Part shown: piece by piece, positions 27,544 through 37,798 of the stretch
Layout of the letters: each line of letters begins with the position of its first letter
Numbering within the stretch: position 1 is the stretch's first letter
DNA from: a virus
Strand: one strand, 5' to 3'
Length of the DNA stretch: 64,000 nt
Virus record (IMG/VR): IMGVR_UViG_3300049435_000050
Span: 9,186-73,185 of that record
Position numbers and translations under genes: made by a program
The notes under the pieces: generated by a model
What the model saw: the letters and a program-made list of their open reading frames with translations, nothing else
The model's database searches: none
What the model was told of the DNA's origin: nothing

Positions 27544-28182
27544 ATGAGTATAGTTGCAAAATCAAGCGGGGGAACTACCCGTGAACCAATCGAAGCCGGG
27601 ATGTATGTTGCGCGTTGTTTTCAAATGCTGCATATAGGAAATGTTATAGAAACCATTCCGGGCATGGCCCCAAAAAAGATGAATAAAGTTCGGATCACAT
27701 GGGAACTACCTACAGAGATGCGAGTATTTAAGGAAGAAAACGGAGAACAACCGTTAACTACATCAAAGGATTTTACCCTATCCATGCACGAAAAGTCAGG
27801 ATTAAGAGCAATGTTAAAAGGATGGCGCTCTAAAGACTTCACAGAACAGGAAGCCGCAGCGTTTGACATTACAAAACTATTGGGTGTTGCCTGTATGTTA
27901 AACATCACTCACAAGCCATCTAAAGACGGCTCACAGATGTACGAACAAATATCAGGAGTTACACCGCTGCCAAAGGGAATGACTTGCCCACCTCAGATAA
28001 ATCCTAATCAGGAATTAACATACGATAATTGGGATCAATCCTTATTTGATAAGTTGCCCGATTTCTTAAAGGATAAAATTAGGTCATCTGATGAATACAA
28101 AGCTATGATGAATCCTGAGCAAGCTTTTGTTGACGAGCATGGACAGCCAGTTGTTGACATAGAATCTGATTTACCCTTTTGA
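27544..28182 (+). CDS. Single-stranded DNA-binding-like protein
   Basis: EAGMYVARC...FTLSMHEKSGLR...FDITKLLG; acidic C-terminus ending DLPF. Confidence 0.7.
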   Translation: MSIVAKSSGGTTREPIEAGMYVARCFQMLHIGNVIETIPGMAPKKMNKVRITWELPTEMRVFKEENGEQPLTTSKDFTLSMHEKSGLRAMLKGWRSKDFTEQEAAAFDITKLLGVACMLNITHKPSKDGSQMYEQISGVTPLPKGMTCPPQINPNQELTYDNWDQSLFDKLPDFLKDKIRSSDEYKAMMNPEQAFVDEHGQPVVDIESDLPF

Positions 28183-28260
28183 CCATTAACGTCTCAATTA
28201 ATAATTAACTGATTACCAACAGCCCCGGTAAATATTCCGGGGTTTTAAAACACCACAAAC

Positions 28261-29532
28261 ATGAAATACCTAAAAATTCAAAATGACGGTGAACTTGACA
28301 TAAGGTTAGTTGCACTTATGGGAGGCACTACCAAAGCAAATGATACTTTTAAAATAGGCCAATTCGGGACAGGGTTAAAATACACCCTTGCTTACCTGTT
28401 TCGCAACAATATAGAATTTAAAATATTTGTAGGGGATAAAGAAGTCCAACTATCTATTGAAACAGAAATTATAAAAGGAGAGAACTTTGACATTATTTGT
28501 ATCAACGGCAACAGAACCTCTATAACGACCCGTATGGGCGCCGATTGGTCAGCTTGGATGATCATAAGGGAATTATGGTGCAACGCCCTAGATGAAGGCG
28601 GAGCACTTGGAGAGGTAGTTACAGAAACAACTCCTGAACTCGGCAAAACTGTCTTTTACATTCAGGTTGATAAGGATTTTCAAAATGTATTAGATAACTG
28701 GCATAAATATTTTATTCACGGAAAAGAAGCCTTATTTGAAAATACAACCCACAAAATATATCACGGTGGGGATAAGGTACGTATTTACAAACAGGGTGTA
28801 CTTATTCACACTGTAGATCAACCGGGGCTATTCTCTTACGATGTAAAGAATGCCAGTATAAATGAACTACGCGAGTTTAAAGGTGTAGTAGCTGCAGAAA
28901 TAGTACGGGCATTAAAAAATACCAATCCAACTGTAATAACCCATTTTCTTGAAAATGTAAACGATACCCACTTCGAGGGGACAATGGACTATAATTGGTA
29001 TGAGAGCTTCGGCATGGTTTGGAAAGACACTATAGGCTCGGCTAAAATCATCCACCAAAAAGCAGTTAACACTATTAAAGACAGGGGGGCAGAGATGGAT
29101 ATGGAGTCTATAATTATACTCCCTATGCCTGTTTATAAATTCCTATCGGCGCAATTTGATGGTATAGGTGCTTTGCGTACTGCCGATAAGATTAATGAAT
29201 TTTACGAAATACATTCAGAGGCGTTATCAACCAAACTCAATGAGGTGTTTGCTATTCTTGAAGTATGCGAATATGCTATACACCCTGAATTAAAGTTTTT
29301 ATTTGGTGCTTTTGGTGATAAAAATATTCAAGGGCAAATAAATATGAACACCAAAGAAGTGATGCTATCAGATACATTGCTTGAAAAAAGCTTGTTTAAT
29401 TTTATTGCCGTTATCATTGAGGAAAATGAGCATTTCAAATCAGGTTTCCATGATTGCACCCGTAACTTTCAGCAACACTTCATTAATCTATACACAAAAA
29501 CACTGTTAGATAAAAACACTATTAAACTTTAA
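28261..29532 (+). CDS. GHKL/HATPase-like protein with permuted motif order
   Basis: IQNDG, IGQFGTGLKY, then IRELWCNALDEGG. Confidence 0.65.
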   Translation: MKYLKIQNDGELDIRLVALMGGTTKANDTFKIGQFGTGLKYTLAYLFRNNIEFKIFVGDKEVQLSIETEIIKGENFDIICINGNRTSITTRMGADWSAWMIIRELWCNALDEGGALGEVVTETTPELGKTVFYIQVDKDFQNVLDNWHKYFIHGKEALFENTTHKIYHGGDKVRIYKQGVLIHTVDQPGLFSYDVKNASINELREFKGVVAAEIVRALKNTNPTVITHFLENVNDTHFEGTMDYNWYESFGMVWKDTIGSAKIIHQKAVNTIKDRGAEMDMESIIILPMPVYKFLSAQFDGIGALRTADKINEFYEIHSEALSTKLNEVFAILEVCEYAIHPELKFLFGAFGDKNIQGQINMNTKEVMLSDTLLEKSLFNFIAVIIEENEHFKSGFHDCTRNFQQHFINLYTKTLLDKNTIKL

Positions 29533-29536
29533 AATC

Positions 29537-30130
29537 ATGCAAACATCACAGGATCAATTTGAAGATATGCGCCAGGAAGAACTGGACTCAAAGCCAACCT
29601 GGACAAAACCAATAGCCACAGGACTAACCATACCTAAAAAATCTATTTATAACATTCACGGGGATTATATGCGCCTTATGGATGAAATAGAGAGCAATGA
29701 GGGGGAGTTAACCGAAGATACTGAAAAGCGCCTTGCTATCACTATGGAAGAATTGGAAGAAAAAGCAGTAAGCTATGGTTATTGTATCAGGCAGTTTGAC
29801 TTTGAAATTAAGCACATACAGGCTGAACACGACCGGTTAAGTAAGATTATGATTAGCAAGACCAAGATACAGGCAGCTCTTAAAACACGTATCGCAGAGG
29901 CTATGCTCCACTTTAATATTGAAAAGGTAGAAAACAACAACCTAAAACTATATTTCCTTAAATCAGAGCAATTACACATTGACGATGATGCTAAGATACC
30001 TAAGAAGTATATTAAAACTAAATTAGTAGAAACTATTGATAAAGCCGGACTAAAGGCTGATACTAAAAGCGGTGCTATTAAAGTTGAGGGTATATTTATT
30101 GTTGAAAACCAAAACCTTCAAATAAAATGA
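29537..30130 (+). CDS. Siphovirus Gp157-like protein
   Basis: SIYNI...ELEEKA..Y...IPKKY...IDKAGLK...NLQIK. Confidence 0.75.
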   Translation: MQTSQDQFEDMRQEELDSKPTWTKPIATGLTIPKKSIYNIHGDYMRLMDEIESNEGELTEDTEKRLAITMEELEEKAVSYGYCIRQFDFEIKHIQAEHDRLSKIMISKTKIQAALKTRIAEAMLHFNIEKVENNNLKLYFLKSEQLHIDDDAKIPKKYIKTKLVETIDKAGLKADTKSGAIKVEGIFIVENQNLQIK

Positions 30131-30312
30131 ACGACAAATTAACTTGGTGGGGATATAAACATATATCCGGTACATTACAAGCAAAACGCTATTTTGATAA
30201 ACGGGATTTAGAAGAAGCTTATTCATCAGATTTTGTTGACCAAGTAGTTCAGCCATTTCAAGCATCCAATAGAGAAGAAGCATTAGAACATATAAAAAAC
30301 CAAACCTCATAA
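30127..30312 (+). CDS. Hypothetical protein
   Basis: 61 aa, coupled. Confidence 0.55.
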   Translation: MNDKLTWWGYKHISGTLQAKRYFDKRDLEEAYSSDFVDQVVQPFQASNREEALEHIKNQTS

Positions 30313-31328
30313 TGAAAGCAAAAACCATAAAAAAAATCCTCAGCAAAAAGTTTGATGATTTTGTAAAATCCATTAAGGACAAAGACCTGCAAAAGTTGGT
30401 AGAAAAAAATACTATCATCACAGGCGGATGTATAACATCAATGCTTTTGAAAGAAAATGTGAATGATTTTGATTTATACTTTACCAATAAAGAAACCGTA
30501 TTAGCGATTGCTGCTTATTATGTTAAGGAATTTAAGAAAGATAATCCATATTTAGAAATATCAGTAGTAGATGTAGATAAACTGATACCACACTCCGAAT
30601 GGGAAAAACTAAAGGAGAAACCATTAGATATTAATAATGAAGCTTTAGGTGATGCGGATTATTATGCTTTACGCGGATTTTCACAAAGCGGACGTATTGG
30701 GGTGTTCTGCGCCTCCATCATGGGCAAAAGTGAGGGCGAAGATAATGTGCTATCTGAAAAGGAGATTGATATTATAAGTAGCGTATTGGATGATAAGGAT
30801 GCCTCAGATATTGCCGAAGCCCCTAAGTCTGCAGAAAAGTACAAACCTGTTTTTTTATCTCCAAATGCTATATCACTATCTAACTGCGTGCAACTTATAC
30901 TACGATTTTACGGGGATGCAAAGGAAATACATAAAAACTTTGACTTCGTGCATTGCACAAGTTACTGGACTTCTAATGACAAGCAATTATTTTTAAGTCC
31001 TAAAGCAATGGAGTCAATTTTAGCCAGAGAATTGGTTTATATTGGTTCATTGTACCCTGTTACTTCAATCATTAGGACACGTAAATTTATTAATCGTAAC
31101 TGGACAATAAATGCAGGCACATATCTTAAAATCATGTTCCAAATATCTAAACTTGATTTAACAAGCATAGCCACATTGGAAGATCAATTAATCGGAGTTG
31201 ATATAGGTTACTTCATGGCACTCATTAATGCACTTAAAGCGGCTGAATTTGCGGCCAAAGACGAAGGCGAAACTTTCTGCTTGACTTATGAGTATATTAT
31301 AGATGTTATTGATAGGATATTTAATTAA
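30312..31328 (+). CDS. Pol-beta-superfamily nucleotidyltransferase (CCA/poly(A) polymerase head-like)
   Basis: IITGGCITSMLL..VNDFDLYF, VQLI, NFDFVHC. Confidence 0.72.
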   Translation: MKAKTIKKILSKKFDDFVKSIKDKDLQKLVEKNTIITGGCITSMLLKENVNDFDLYFTNKETVLAIAAYYVKEFKKDNPYLEISVVDVDKLIPHSEWEKLKEKPLDINNEALGDADYYALRGFSQSGRIGVFCASIMGKSEGEDNVLSEKEIDIISSVLDDKDASDIAEAPKSAEKYKPVFLSPNAISLSNCVQLILRFYGDAKEIHKNFDFVHCTSYWTSNDKQLFLSPKAMESILARELVYIGSLYPVTSIIRTRKFINRNWTINAGTYLKIMFQISKLDLTSIATLEDQLIGVDIGYFMALINALKAAEFAAKDEGETFCLTYEYIIDVIDRIFN

Positions 31329-31822
31329 GACATAAGAGCGCGTTTTTTTTAATCATAGTAAAATGTAATGTTAAACTTGTTTAGGGAAAATCAATGCTGG
31401 CACGTGCGCTCGCCAGTTTAACAGAATGGGAACTGTCCTAAATACCCAAATTGTGATAAGGTTTAGGTTTGACCGGGTAAACTGCGAGAGTGAACCCGGT
31501 TTATTAACTCAAATAAATGATTATGAAAAGAACTTCTACTCAACAGCCAGTAATACCACAAGGGTACACAGGCGATATGCGTCACTTCAACCAGTGGCAA
31601 AGCTATCTGTTAAAACAGATGGATAAAATTAAGGGCCTGCGACTGACTGAACGAAATAAGGCTTAATGGCACGTACAAGAGTCACAGTGACCTTACAATC
31701 AAAAATAAATAGTAGCCCTGACTTTTATACGCTTAGATGGCTGCAAGAGTTGGCAGAGGGTGTAAAAGATAAAAATGCAGACCGATATAAGGCTTACAAT
31801 AAAGTGTTTAATAACTTAGGGA

Positions 31823-32185
31823 GTGATGGCAAAAATAAGAAAAACGCCAACGGAAATAAAACAAGAGATATTGTTGAGAAAATTACGACCGAAGCAATCT
31901 AAGAAAGCTAAAATAAAAAAAATTAAAAAACAGCTATTTATAGATAGGGTAGCTTTTAGAAAACAACAGCCTTATTCTGACTTCCTTAAAGGTAAATATT
32001 GGCAACAGGTACGTAAATCAGTTTTAAAAAGAGACAAAAATATGTGTATCATTTGTAAATTAGAGAGTAACTTACAGGTTCATCACGATACGTATAAAAA
32101 TCACGGTGACGAGATGAACCATTTGGAAGATTTAATGACTCTTTGCCGTAAATGCCACAAAGAACACCATGATGCACAAAAATAA
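31823..32185 (+). CDS. HNH endonuclease (Zn-finger type)
   Basis: VLKRDKNMCIIC..LQVHH..LMTLCRKCHKEHH. Confidence 0.85.
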   Translation: MMAKIRKTPTEIKQEILLRKLRPKQSKKAKIKKIKKQLFIDRVAFRKQQPYSDFLKGKYWQQVRKSVLKRDKNMCIICKLESNLQVHHDTYKNHGDEMNHLEDLMTLCRKCHKEHHDAQK

Positions 32186-32425
32186 TTTTAGCCCGTTAAA
32201 ACGCCCAAAAAAAAGAATATGAAAATAGAAATAACCTATTCCCGCTACCCCAACATGAAAGAGGCCCGGCTCTTTGAAAAGAGAACGATAAAAATCTTCG
32301 GGATAAGTTTCACGGTATGGAAGCAGGTAGACTGGTACAGGGGCTATTCATTAAGCATCAGGGCGCAAATCCCCCCTCATACAGAACAAAGGTAAAAACA
32401 GTTTAAAAAATAAACCCAAATAAAC

Positions 32426-32725
32426 ATGAACACACAAAAATTCAGCATTATCAGAACTCATTCCGCAGGTGTATGGTTCGGCAACATCAAAAAATTAGAT
32501 GGCAGTATCGCTATCATTACTAACGCAAGAAGGTTATGGTATTGGTCAGGGGCGGCCTCATTGAGCCAATTAGCGGTTGAAGGCACTAAAAGGCCACGTG
32601 ATTGCAAATTCACGGTGACTATAACCGATGAGGATGGCGTTTATTTGCCACAGGTTATTGAGGTACTTCCATGCACTAATGAAGCTGTTGAAAACATTAA
32701 TTCAGTGCCAGTATGGAAGATTTAA
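32426..32725 (+). CDS. Conserved phage protein (DUF6948-like), partner of the Gly-repeat protein
   Basis: IIRTHSAGVWFG...ARRLWYWSGAASLSQLAVEG. Confidence 0.7.
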   Translation: MNTQKFSIIRTHSAGVWFGNIKKLDGSIAIITNARRLWYWSGAASLSQLAVEGTKRPRDCKFTVTITDEDGVYLPQVIEVLPCTNEAVENINSVPVWKI

Positions 32726-33489
32726 TCAAAGCATTTATGGCGGCAACGCCGCAAAATTCCGGTTACGGTGACGGTTACGGTTCCGGTGACGGTTACGGTG
32801 ACGGTGACGGTTCCGGTTCCGGTTCCGGTGACGGTTCCGGTTACGGTGACGGTTCCGGTTCCGGTGACGGTTCCGGTTACGGTGACGGTGACGGTTCCGG
32901 TTACGGTTACGGTGACGGTTCCGGTTACGGTTACGGTTACGGTTACGGTGACGGTTACGGTGACGGTGACGTAAAGACTATTAATCACAGCGAGTATAAA
33001 AAAGGCTTTTTAGATAAGCAAATTCATTCGTTAAAGTCATTCAACGGAGATCCAGTATATTATATAGATAATATCCCTTGTACGTTTTTATCAATCGTGA
33101 ACAATGTGGCTAAAGTCGCCGTAATAAAAGATGACTTTAGCATAAAAAAAATGTACATCGCCAAGTCGGGTAATCTCTTTGCACACGGTGATACCAAAGA
33201 ACAAGCGTTAAGAGCGGTAAATGAAAAGTTTTACGCCTCAATGTCTTTTGAAGAACGCAAGGCTGAATTTATCAGCAAGTTCAAAAATGATGCTGTGTAC
33301 CCGAATCGACACTTCTTTGAATGGCATCATTTGTTAACAGGGAGTTGCGAAAGCGGGCGCATGATGTTTGTTGAATCACACGGGATTGATCTCGACGCTG
33401 GGATGAATACGATTACATTTTTGAACTTGACAAAAAACGAGTACAACGGTGAAATTATCAAAGATATTTTAAGCCAAATAAGTTACTAG
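32713..33489 (+). CDS. Protein with N-terminal (G-[Y/D/S])35 repeat
   Basis: Repeat followed by FAHGDT..A and WHHLLTGSCESGR. Confidence 0.8.
   Translation: MEDLIKAFMAATPQNSGYGDGYGSGDGYGDGDGSGSGSGDGSGYGDGSGSGDGSGYGDGDGSGYGYGDGSGYGYGYGYGDGYGDGDVKTINHSEYKKGFLDKQIHSLKSFNGDPVYYIDNIPCTFLSIVNNVAKVAVIKDDFSIKKMYIAKSGNLFAHGDTKEQALRAVNEKFYASMSFEERKAEFISKFKNDAVYPNRHFFEWHHLLTGSCESGRMMFVESHGIDLDAGMNTITFLNLTKNEYNGEIIKDILSQISY
32761..32970 (+). repeat. 35 x 6-bp coding tandem repeat GGT-(TAC/GAC/TCC)
   Basis: 210-bp array with only three unit types. Confidence 0.97.
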
Positions 33490-33509
33490 GAACAGTTTTA
33501 AAAATTGAC

Positions 33510-33800
33510 ATGATGAAAACATACAAACAGTTCGATAAGAGCGAAAAGTCTTTCGACGAGTTTTTAAAACCATTAGATCGGATAGATTGGGAGTTGTGTG
33601 AATATATCCTATGCGGATGGGTACCCTCTAATTTCAATGATGGCACTTGGGGGCAAAACGGAGAGTGTTGTTTTGGAAAAGATGGGATAAACTATTATTC
33701 AACTGTTTTGATGTTAGATGACAAATATTACTTTATGGGTAATTGCCCCTCTTTGACGCCAGAAGTTTATCCAGATAAGCAGCTTGATTACGATTATTAA
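33510..33800 (+). CDS. Hypothetical protein
   Basis: 96-aa ORF. Confidence 0.55.
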   Translation: MMKTYKQFDKSEKSFDEFLKPLDRIDWELCEYILCGWVPSNFNDGTWGQNGECCFGKDGINYYSTVLMLDDKYYFMGNCPSLTPEVYPDKQLDYDY

Positions 33801-33843
33801 CTGAGATTAACCCCCTCTATTTAGAGGAAACAGAAAAGAGATT

Positions 33844-34158
33844 ATGAAAACAGAAAAAGACATGCTACCCTGTAAGTTTAAAGTAGGCGACACGGTGGTT
33901 TATGCAGGATTACAGGCTACGGTAGAAAGTATTAGCCCAGTTTATAGCTATAATTATTGGCTATTGAGCCTTGTTTCTGTCGAAGATGAAGAACTAACAT
34001 GTACGGCAAATGAATGCGAATGCGAGCCATTTAACAGTGATATATTCGACACTGATTTATCAGAACAGATGCTTGCCGATGCGAGGTTGGAAAGCTGCCG
34101 TATCCAAAACTTAGGCGATAGTTTGACCGATAAATATTTTCGAGACGGAAATCATTAA
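33844..34158 (+). CDS. Hypothetical SH3/KOW-like protein
   Basis: KFKVGDTVV. Confidence 0.55.
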   Translation: MKTEKDMLPCKFKVGDTVVYAGLQATVESISPVYSYNYWLLSLVSVEDEELTCTANECECEPFNSDIFDTDLSEQMLADARLESCRIQNLGDSLTDKYFRDGNH

Positions 34159-34215
34159 CCCCTTTCCCCCTTCCTTAAAACAGTACAGTAAGTAACCTCA
34201 ATTAAAAATAGAATT

Positions 34216-34587
34216 ATGAAAAATAGAGAAATAAAATTTCGTTTTTGGGTAGAAAAAGCCGCCAAAATGAGTGATTGGGAAACCGCAAAAAAAGAATGTG
34301 ACCGCCTTTCACTTTTAAGTTTTGAGGGTTTTATTCCCATGCAATTTACTGGCCTAAAGGACAAAAACGGAGTTGAGATTTACGAGGGTGATATATGTTC
34401 AAAAATGATTAGCCCCGATGAAAATAACCTTGCGCCAAAAGAATTACATAGAGGTGTGATAGTTTTTCATTTCGGCGGATTTTGTTATAAGTCCGGTGAT
34501 TATTATTATCCGATGTCTCGCACAAGTGGAGTTGTTGAAGTAATCGGCAATATATACCAATCCCCTGAACTAAAAGATAAACTATAA
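34216..34587 (+). CDS. YopX-family protein
   Basis: REIKFRFW, MQFTGLKDKNGVEIYEGDI, EVIGNIYQSPEL. Confidence 0.92.
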   Translation: MKNREIKFRFWVEKAAKMSDWETAKKECDRLSLLSFEGFIPMQFTGLKDKNGVEIYEGDICSKMISPDENNLAPKELHRGVIVFHFGGFCYKSGDYYYPMSRTSGVVEVIGNIYQSPELKDKL

Positions 34588-34618
34588 ATAGATAACCCAA
34601 TGAAAATAGAATATACTA

Positions 34619-35359
34619 ATGGATAAAGAAAAGATGAAACGAGTTATAAATTTCAGTGGTGGTAAAACATCTGCATTAATGACTATCCTTTTGAAGCCGA
34701 CAGAAGATGATATAGTTTTGTTTACCGATACGAAGTGGGAGCATGAAAAGACTTATAAATTCTTAGATGACTTTGAAAAGAACGAGGGCATAAAGGTACA
34801 TCGTGCTACATACGAAAATAAAAAGCGTCCAGACTTGCAGGGATTTGAAGCGTTGGTTAATACACGTAAATCTATGCCCAACCGAATGAAACGGATGTGT
34901 ACAGTTGATCTGAAGGTTTTCACGGCTAAACGCTATTTAAGGACGCTTGGTGTATGCACATTTGAAAATTATATCGGCTTTAGGTTTGATGAACCGCACC
35001 GGGTAAATAGGTTTAAAGAGCAATTTAAAAAGGTATTTACCAAGTTTCCTTTATATGATCAGGGAATCACAAAAGAAATGGTCAATCAATATTGGCTAAC
35101 GAAACCCTATAATTTAGAGATACCCTCAATACTTGGCAACTGTGATTTGTGTTTCTTGAAAGGCAAGGATAATATTATAAAAATCATGGCGCTGTACCCG
35201 GAATTGGCGGACAAATGGATCGAGGCCGAGCAAGGCAAGAAAGGTACATTCATCAAAGGAATCTCTTACAAACAACTACGGCATATTGCCCTTAGTCAGC
35301 AATCATTATTCGATTTGGATAAAGCCTTGCCTGCCTACAATTGCTCATGTACAGCTTAA
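34619..35359 (+). CDS. PAPS-reductase-family (adenine nucleotide alpha-hydrolase) protein
   Basis: FSGGKTSA, FTDTKWEH, RMCT..LK, YIGFRFDE, GNCDLCFLK. Confidence 0.85.
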   Translation: MDKEKMKRVINFSGGKTSALMTILLKPTEDDIVLFTDTKWEHEKTYKFLDDFEKNEGIKVHRATYENKKRPDLQGFEALVNTRKSMPNRMKRMCTVDLKVFTAKRYLRTLGVCTFENYIGFRFDEPHRVNRFKEQFKKVFTKFPLYDQGITKEMVNQYWLTKPYNLEIPSILGNCDLCFLKGKDNIIKIMALYPELADKWIEAEQGKKGTFIKGISYKQLRHIALSQQSLFDLDKALPAYNCSCTA

Positions 35360-35544
35360 TACCCCTAACACAAAGTAATCAATATGGATAACAAACCAAA
35401 GAAGCGAAAGCTTAAAAATCATTTTTACCTGTCAACAAAGATAGGAATGGTACACGTAAATATGAACCCTGATGCGGATAATGAAACGTTGGAAGCAGTT
35501 CAAAAGATGGTCGAATTAGCTTATCATAAAGTAAAATAATTAAC

Positions 35545-35889
35545 ATGGAAACTATACAACAAAAGATCAATAAGGCAAAAAACATCGGTTCGGATGATTT
35601 GCTTGATAGTAGCTTAGGTAGCCTTTTATCTGCTCTTGAGCGGTACGAGCAAGTATACAAGCACGGGTTCAGTATTGAAAACGACTATGCTTTTTATAAA
35701 GATGGCGAACTTAAGCAGGCCGCAATGTTTTGTCTGTTCCCAACTATTTACCAATGGCCGCGTGGTTGGGATTTGCATTTTAAGGATAAAATCCTACTAA
35801 AGTCTGAAATTGAGCGTTCGGTAATCGCATCGGCTTTCCTATCATCTGAGGCCGACAGACTGCTTTATAAACAAAGAAACCTGCTTTAA
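35545..35889 (+). CDS. Hypothetical phage protein
   Basis: ERYEQVYKHGFSIEND...GELKQAA...WP.GW. Confidence 0.6.
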   Translation: METIQQKINKAKNIGSDDLLDSSLGSLLSALERYEQVYKHGFSIENDYAFYKDGELKQAAMFCLFPTIYQWPRGWDLHFKDKILLKSEIERSVIASAFLSSEADRLLYKQRNLL

Positions 35890-35903
35890 CCCATTTAACA
35901 GCC

Positions 35904-36167
35904 ATGAACAAAGAACAAAGCGAACTGAAAGAACAATGCCCTGAATTTCCACATTTTGGAGCAAGCTATCCCGATGCCAGATGCATTGACGGCTATCTGT
36001 GGGATTTAGATAAATATGAAGATGGACAACTTTATGGCGGTGGCGATGACCCGTGCCCATTCTGCAACACGGATGAACATATCGAGCATCACCTTGACCC
36101 TTTAAATGGCATCACCAAAGAAGTAATTTTGGCTCATATTGAATATTTAAAAAAGAGGTACTCATGA
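35904..36167 (+). CDS. Hypothetical Cys-containing protein
   Basis: FGASYPDARCIDGYLWDLD...PCPFCN. Confidence 0.6.
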   Translation: MNKEQSELKEQCPEFPHFGASYPDARCIDGYLWDLDKYEDGQLYGGGDDPCPFCNTDEHIEHHLDPLNGITKEVILAHIEYLKKRYS

Positions 36168-36823
36168 AGCCACTAAAGGATTTTATTTCCAGAATACTGG
36201 AGAGTAATTATTACGTTGACTACTCGGATAACGTAGAATTATTATCAGCCATCGAGCAATACGCAGCTCAATTCAAACTCACCCCCACAGATAGAATAGA
36301 AGGAGAGAATAAGAGATGAACATGCACGGACTTTTAAAAGCGCACGGCGGTATAATGAAGATGACTGCTATACAGGATTACAATTGTGTGAAGCTGTATG
36401 TTATAGAAAAAGGGTTTGAAGTAGTAGAACCTAAAAATACAACTAAAAACAGGATTGAAAATGCGACTGCTGAAATGTTGCATCCAATGTTATCGTTTCC
36501 ACACTATTTAAATAGGGGATTTTCTTATTATAAATCATTAATCAAATGAAAACCGATATAACACTCGAAGAAGCCTGTAGTCAGGAGAGCCGTTTTTACA
36601 ATGCCTTAAATGGTCAAGAACGAATTGTTTACATGACAGGCGCTAAATTTGGTGCTAATTGGAAATCCAACAGGCTATCCAAAAAGGAAAGGGAGATGAG
36701 GGAAGTGCTTGCGAAATGGGAAAACGAGGCAAAATCATATAAACAATACGATGACCGCATAGAATTAGGCATAATAACAGGCTGCATCCAAGATTTAAAA
36801 GAGGCACTTAAAGAAAAATAATA

Positions 36824-37195
36824 ATGAAAACAATCTTAACAATACTTCTTGCCTTTACAGTATCGGCAGGGATGGCGCAAAGTAAAACAGATACGGTTTT
36901 ATTCGACAAATATAGTACCACTGTCGCTTCTTCTTCTAAAGAACCACATAAAGTAATTAAACTCGATACTGAAAGATGTTGGTTCAAAGAGTTGGATATA
37001 CGCTTATGCCGTTGCTTAGGCGCGGGGGATACTATAATTGAGCATTGGCGACACGGCTATCAGGTCATTGAAACATTAAATTCAGTACACTGGGTAAGTG
37101 ACACGCAATTTATAAATGATACGGAATTGGCTTTTTATCTATACTCTGACCGGAAAACAAAGGTGACAAATAAAATCATTTACTCATTTAAGTAA
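36824..37195 (+). CDS. Secreted protein (signal peptide, Gln at +1)
   Basis: MKTILTILLAFTVSAGMA|QSKTDTV. Confidence 0.7.
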   Translation: MKTILTILLAFTVSAGMAQSKTDTVLFDKYSTTVASSSKEPHKVIKLDTERCWFKELDIRLCRCLGAGDTIIEHWRHGYQVIETLNSVHWVSDTQFINDTELAFYLYSDRKTKVTNKIIYSFK

Positions 37196-37246
37196 ACGTT
37201 ACCCCACAAATAAAATGAACGACAACGACCGTAACAAAGTATAACC

Positions 37247-37798
37247 ATGAGTAAAAATACCCGATGGACACCTCATGACCTCAAAAGGTTAAATCTTGTT
37301 GAAAAAGATGGGCAATATGTCAAAGTATCCTCTTTGGTAAGTAAAAAAGTAAAAAAGCTATTGCCATTGATCACTGACTTTCAGCAATCCGATATTGTAA
37401 GGATTGAGAATAGGGAAACAGGAAACAAGAAGGTGCGTAACGCCACTAAATCAGTAGTCAATGGCGTGAAGTTTGATAGTAACCTTGAGAAATACATGCA
37501 CTACCTGCTCACAGGCGCTCAGATCGACTTTGAGTTCCAAAAGGTATTCATACTCCAACCTAAATTTAAATACCATACAGAGAACGTAAGGGCTATATCC
37601 AAGATAGTCGATTTTTATCTTGAGTCAAGGTCGGTTATCATAGACACGAAAGGGTTCAGCAATGACGTATCGCCTATGAAGCATAAAATGTTGAAGTTTG
37701 CTTTAATGAATGACTACGGCATACAACCAGAGATATTTATGCCATCAACCAAACAAGAATGCCAATTACTACTTAACCGATTACTTTACGACAAATGA
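37247..37798 (+). CDS. DUF1064-like PD-(D/E)XK nuclease
   Basis: GVKFDSNLE, FQKVFILQP, IVDF, IIDTKG. Confidence 0.78.
   Translation: MSKNTRWTPHDLKRLNLVEKDGQYVKVSSLVSKKVKKLLPLITDFQQSDIVRIENRETGNKKVRNATKSVVNGVKFDSNLEKYMHYLLTGAQIDFEFQKVFILQPKFKYHTENVRAISKIVDFYLESRSVIIDTKGFSNDVSPMKHKMLKFALMNDYGIQPEIFMPSTKQECQLLLNRLLYDK

Noticed and set aside
32722-32988. VT/VP-repeat ORFs in other frames
   Set aside because: Alternative-frame shadows of the 6-bp repeat
33800-37210. TA(A)CCCC motif after several stop codons
   Set aside because: Too short and degenerate to separate from chance without statistics
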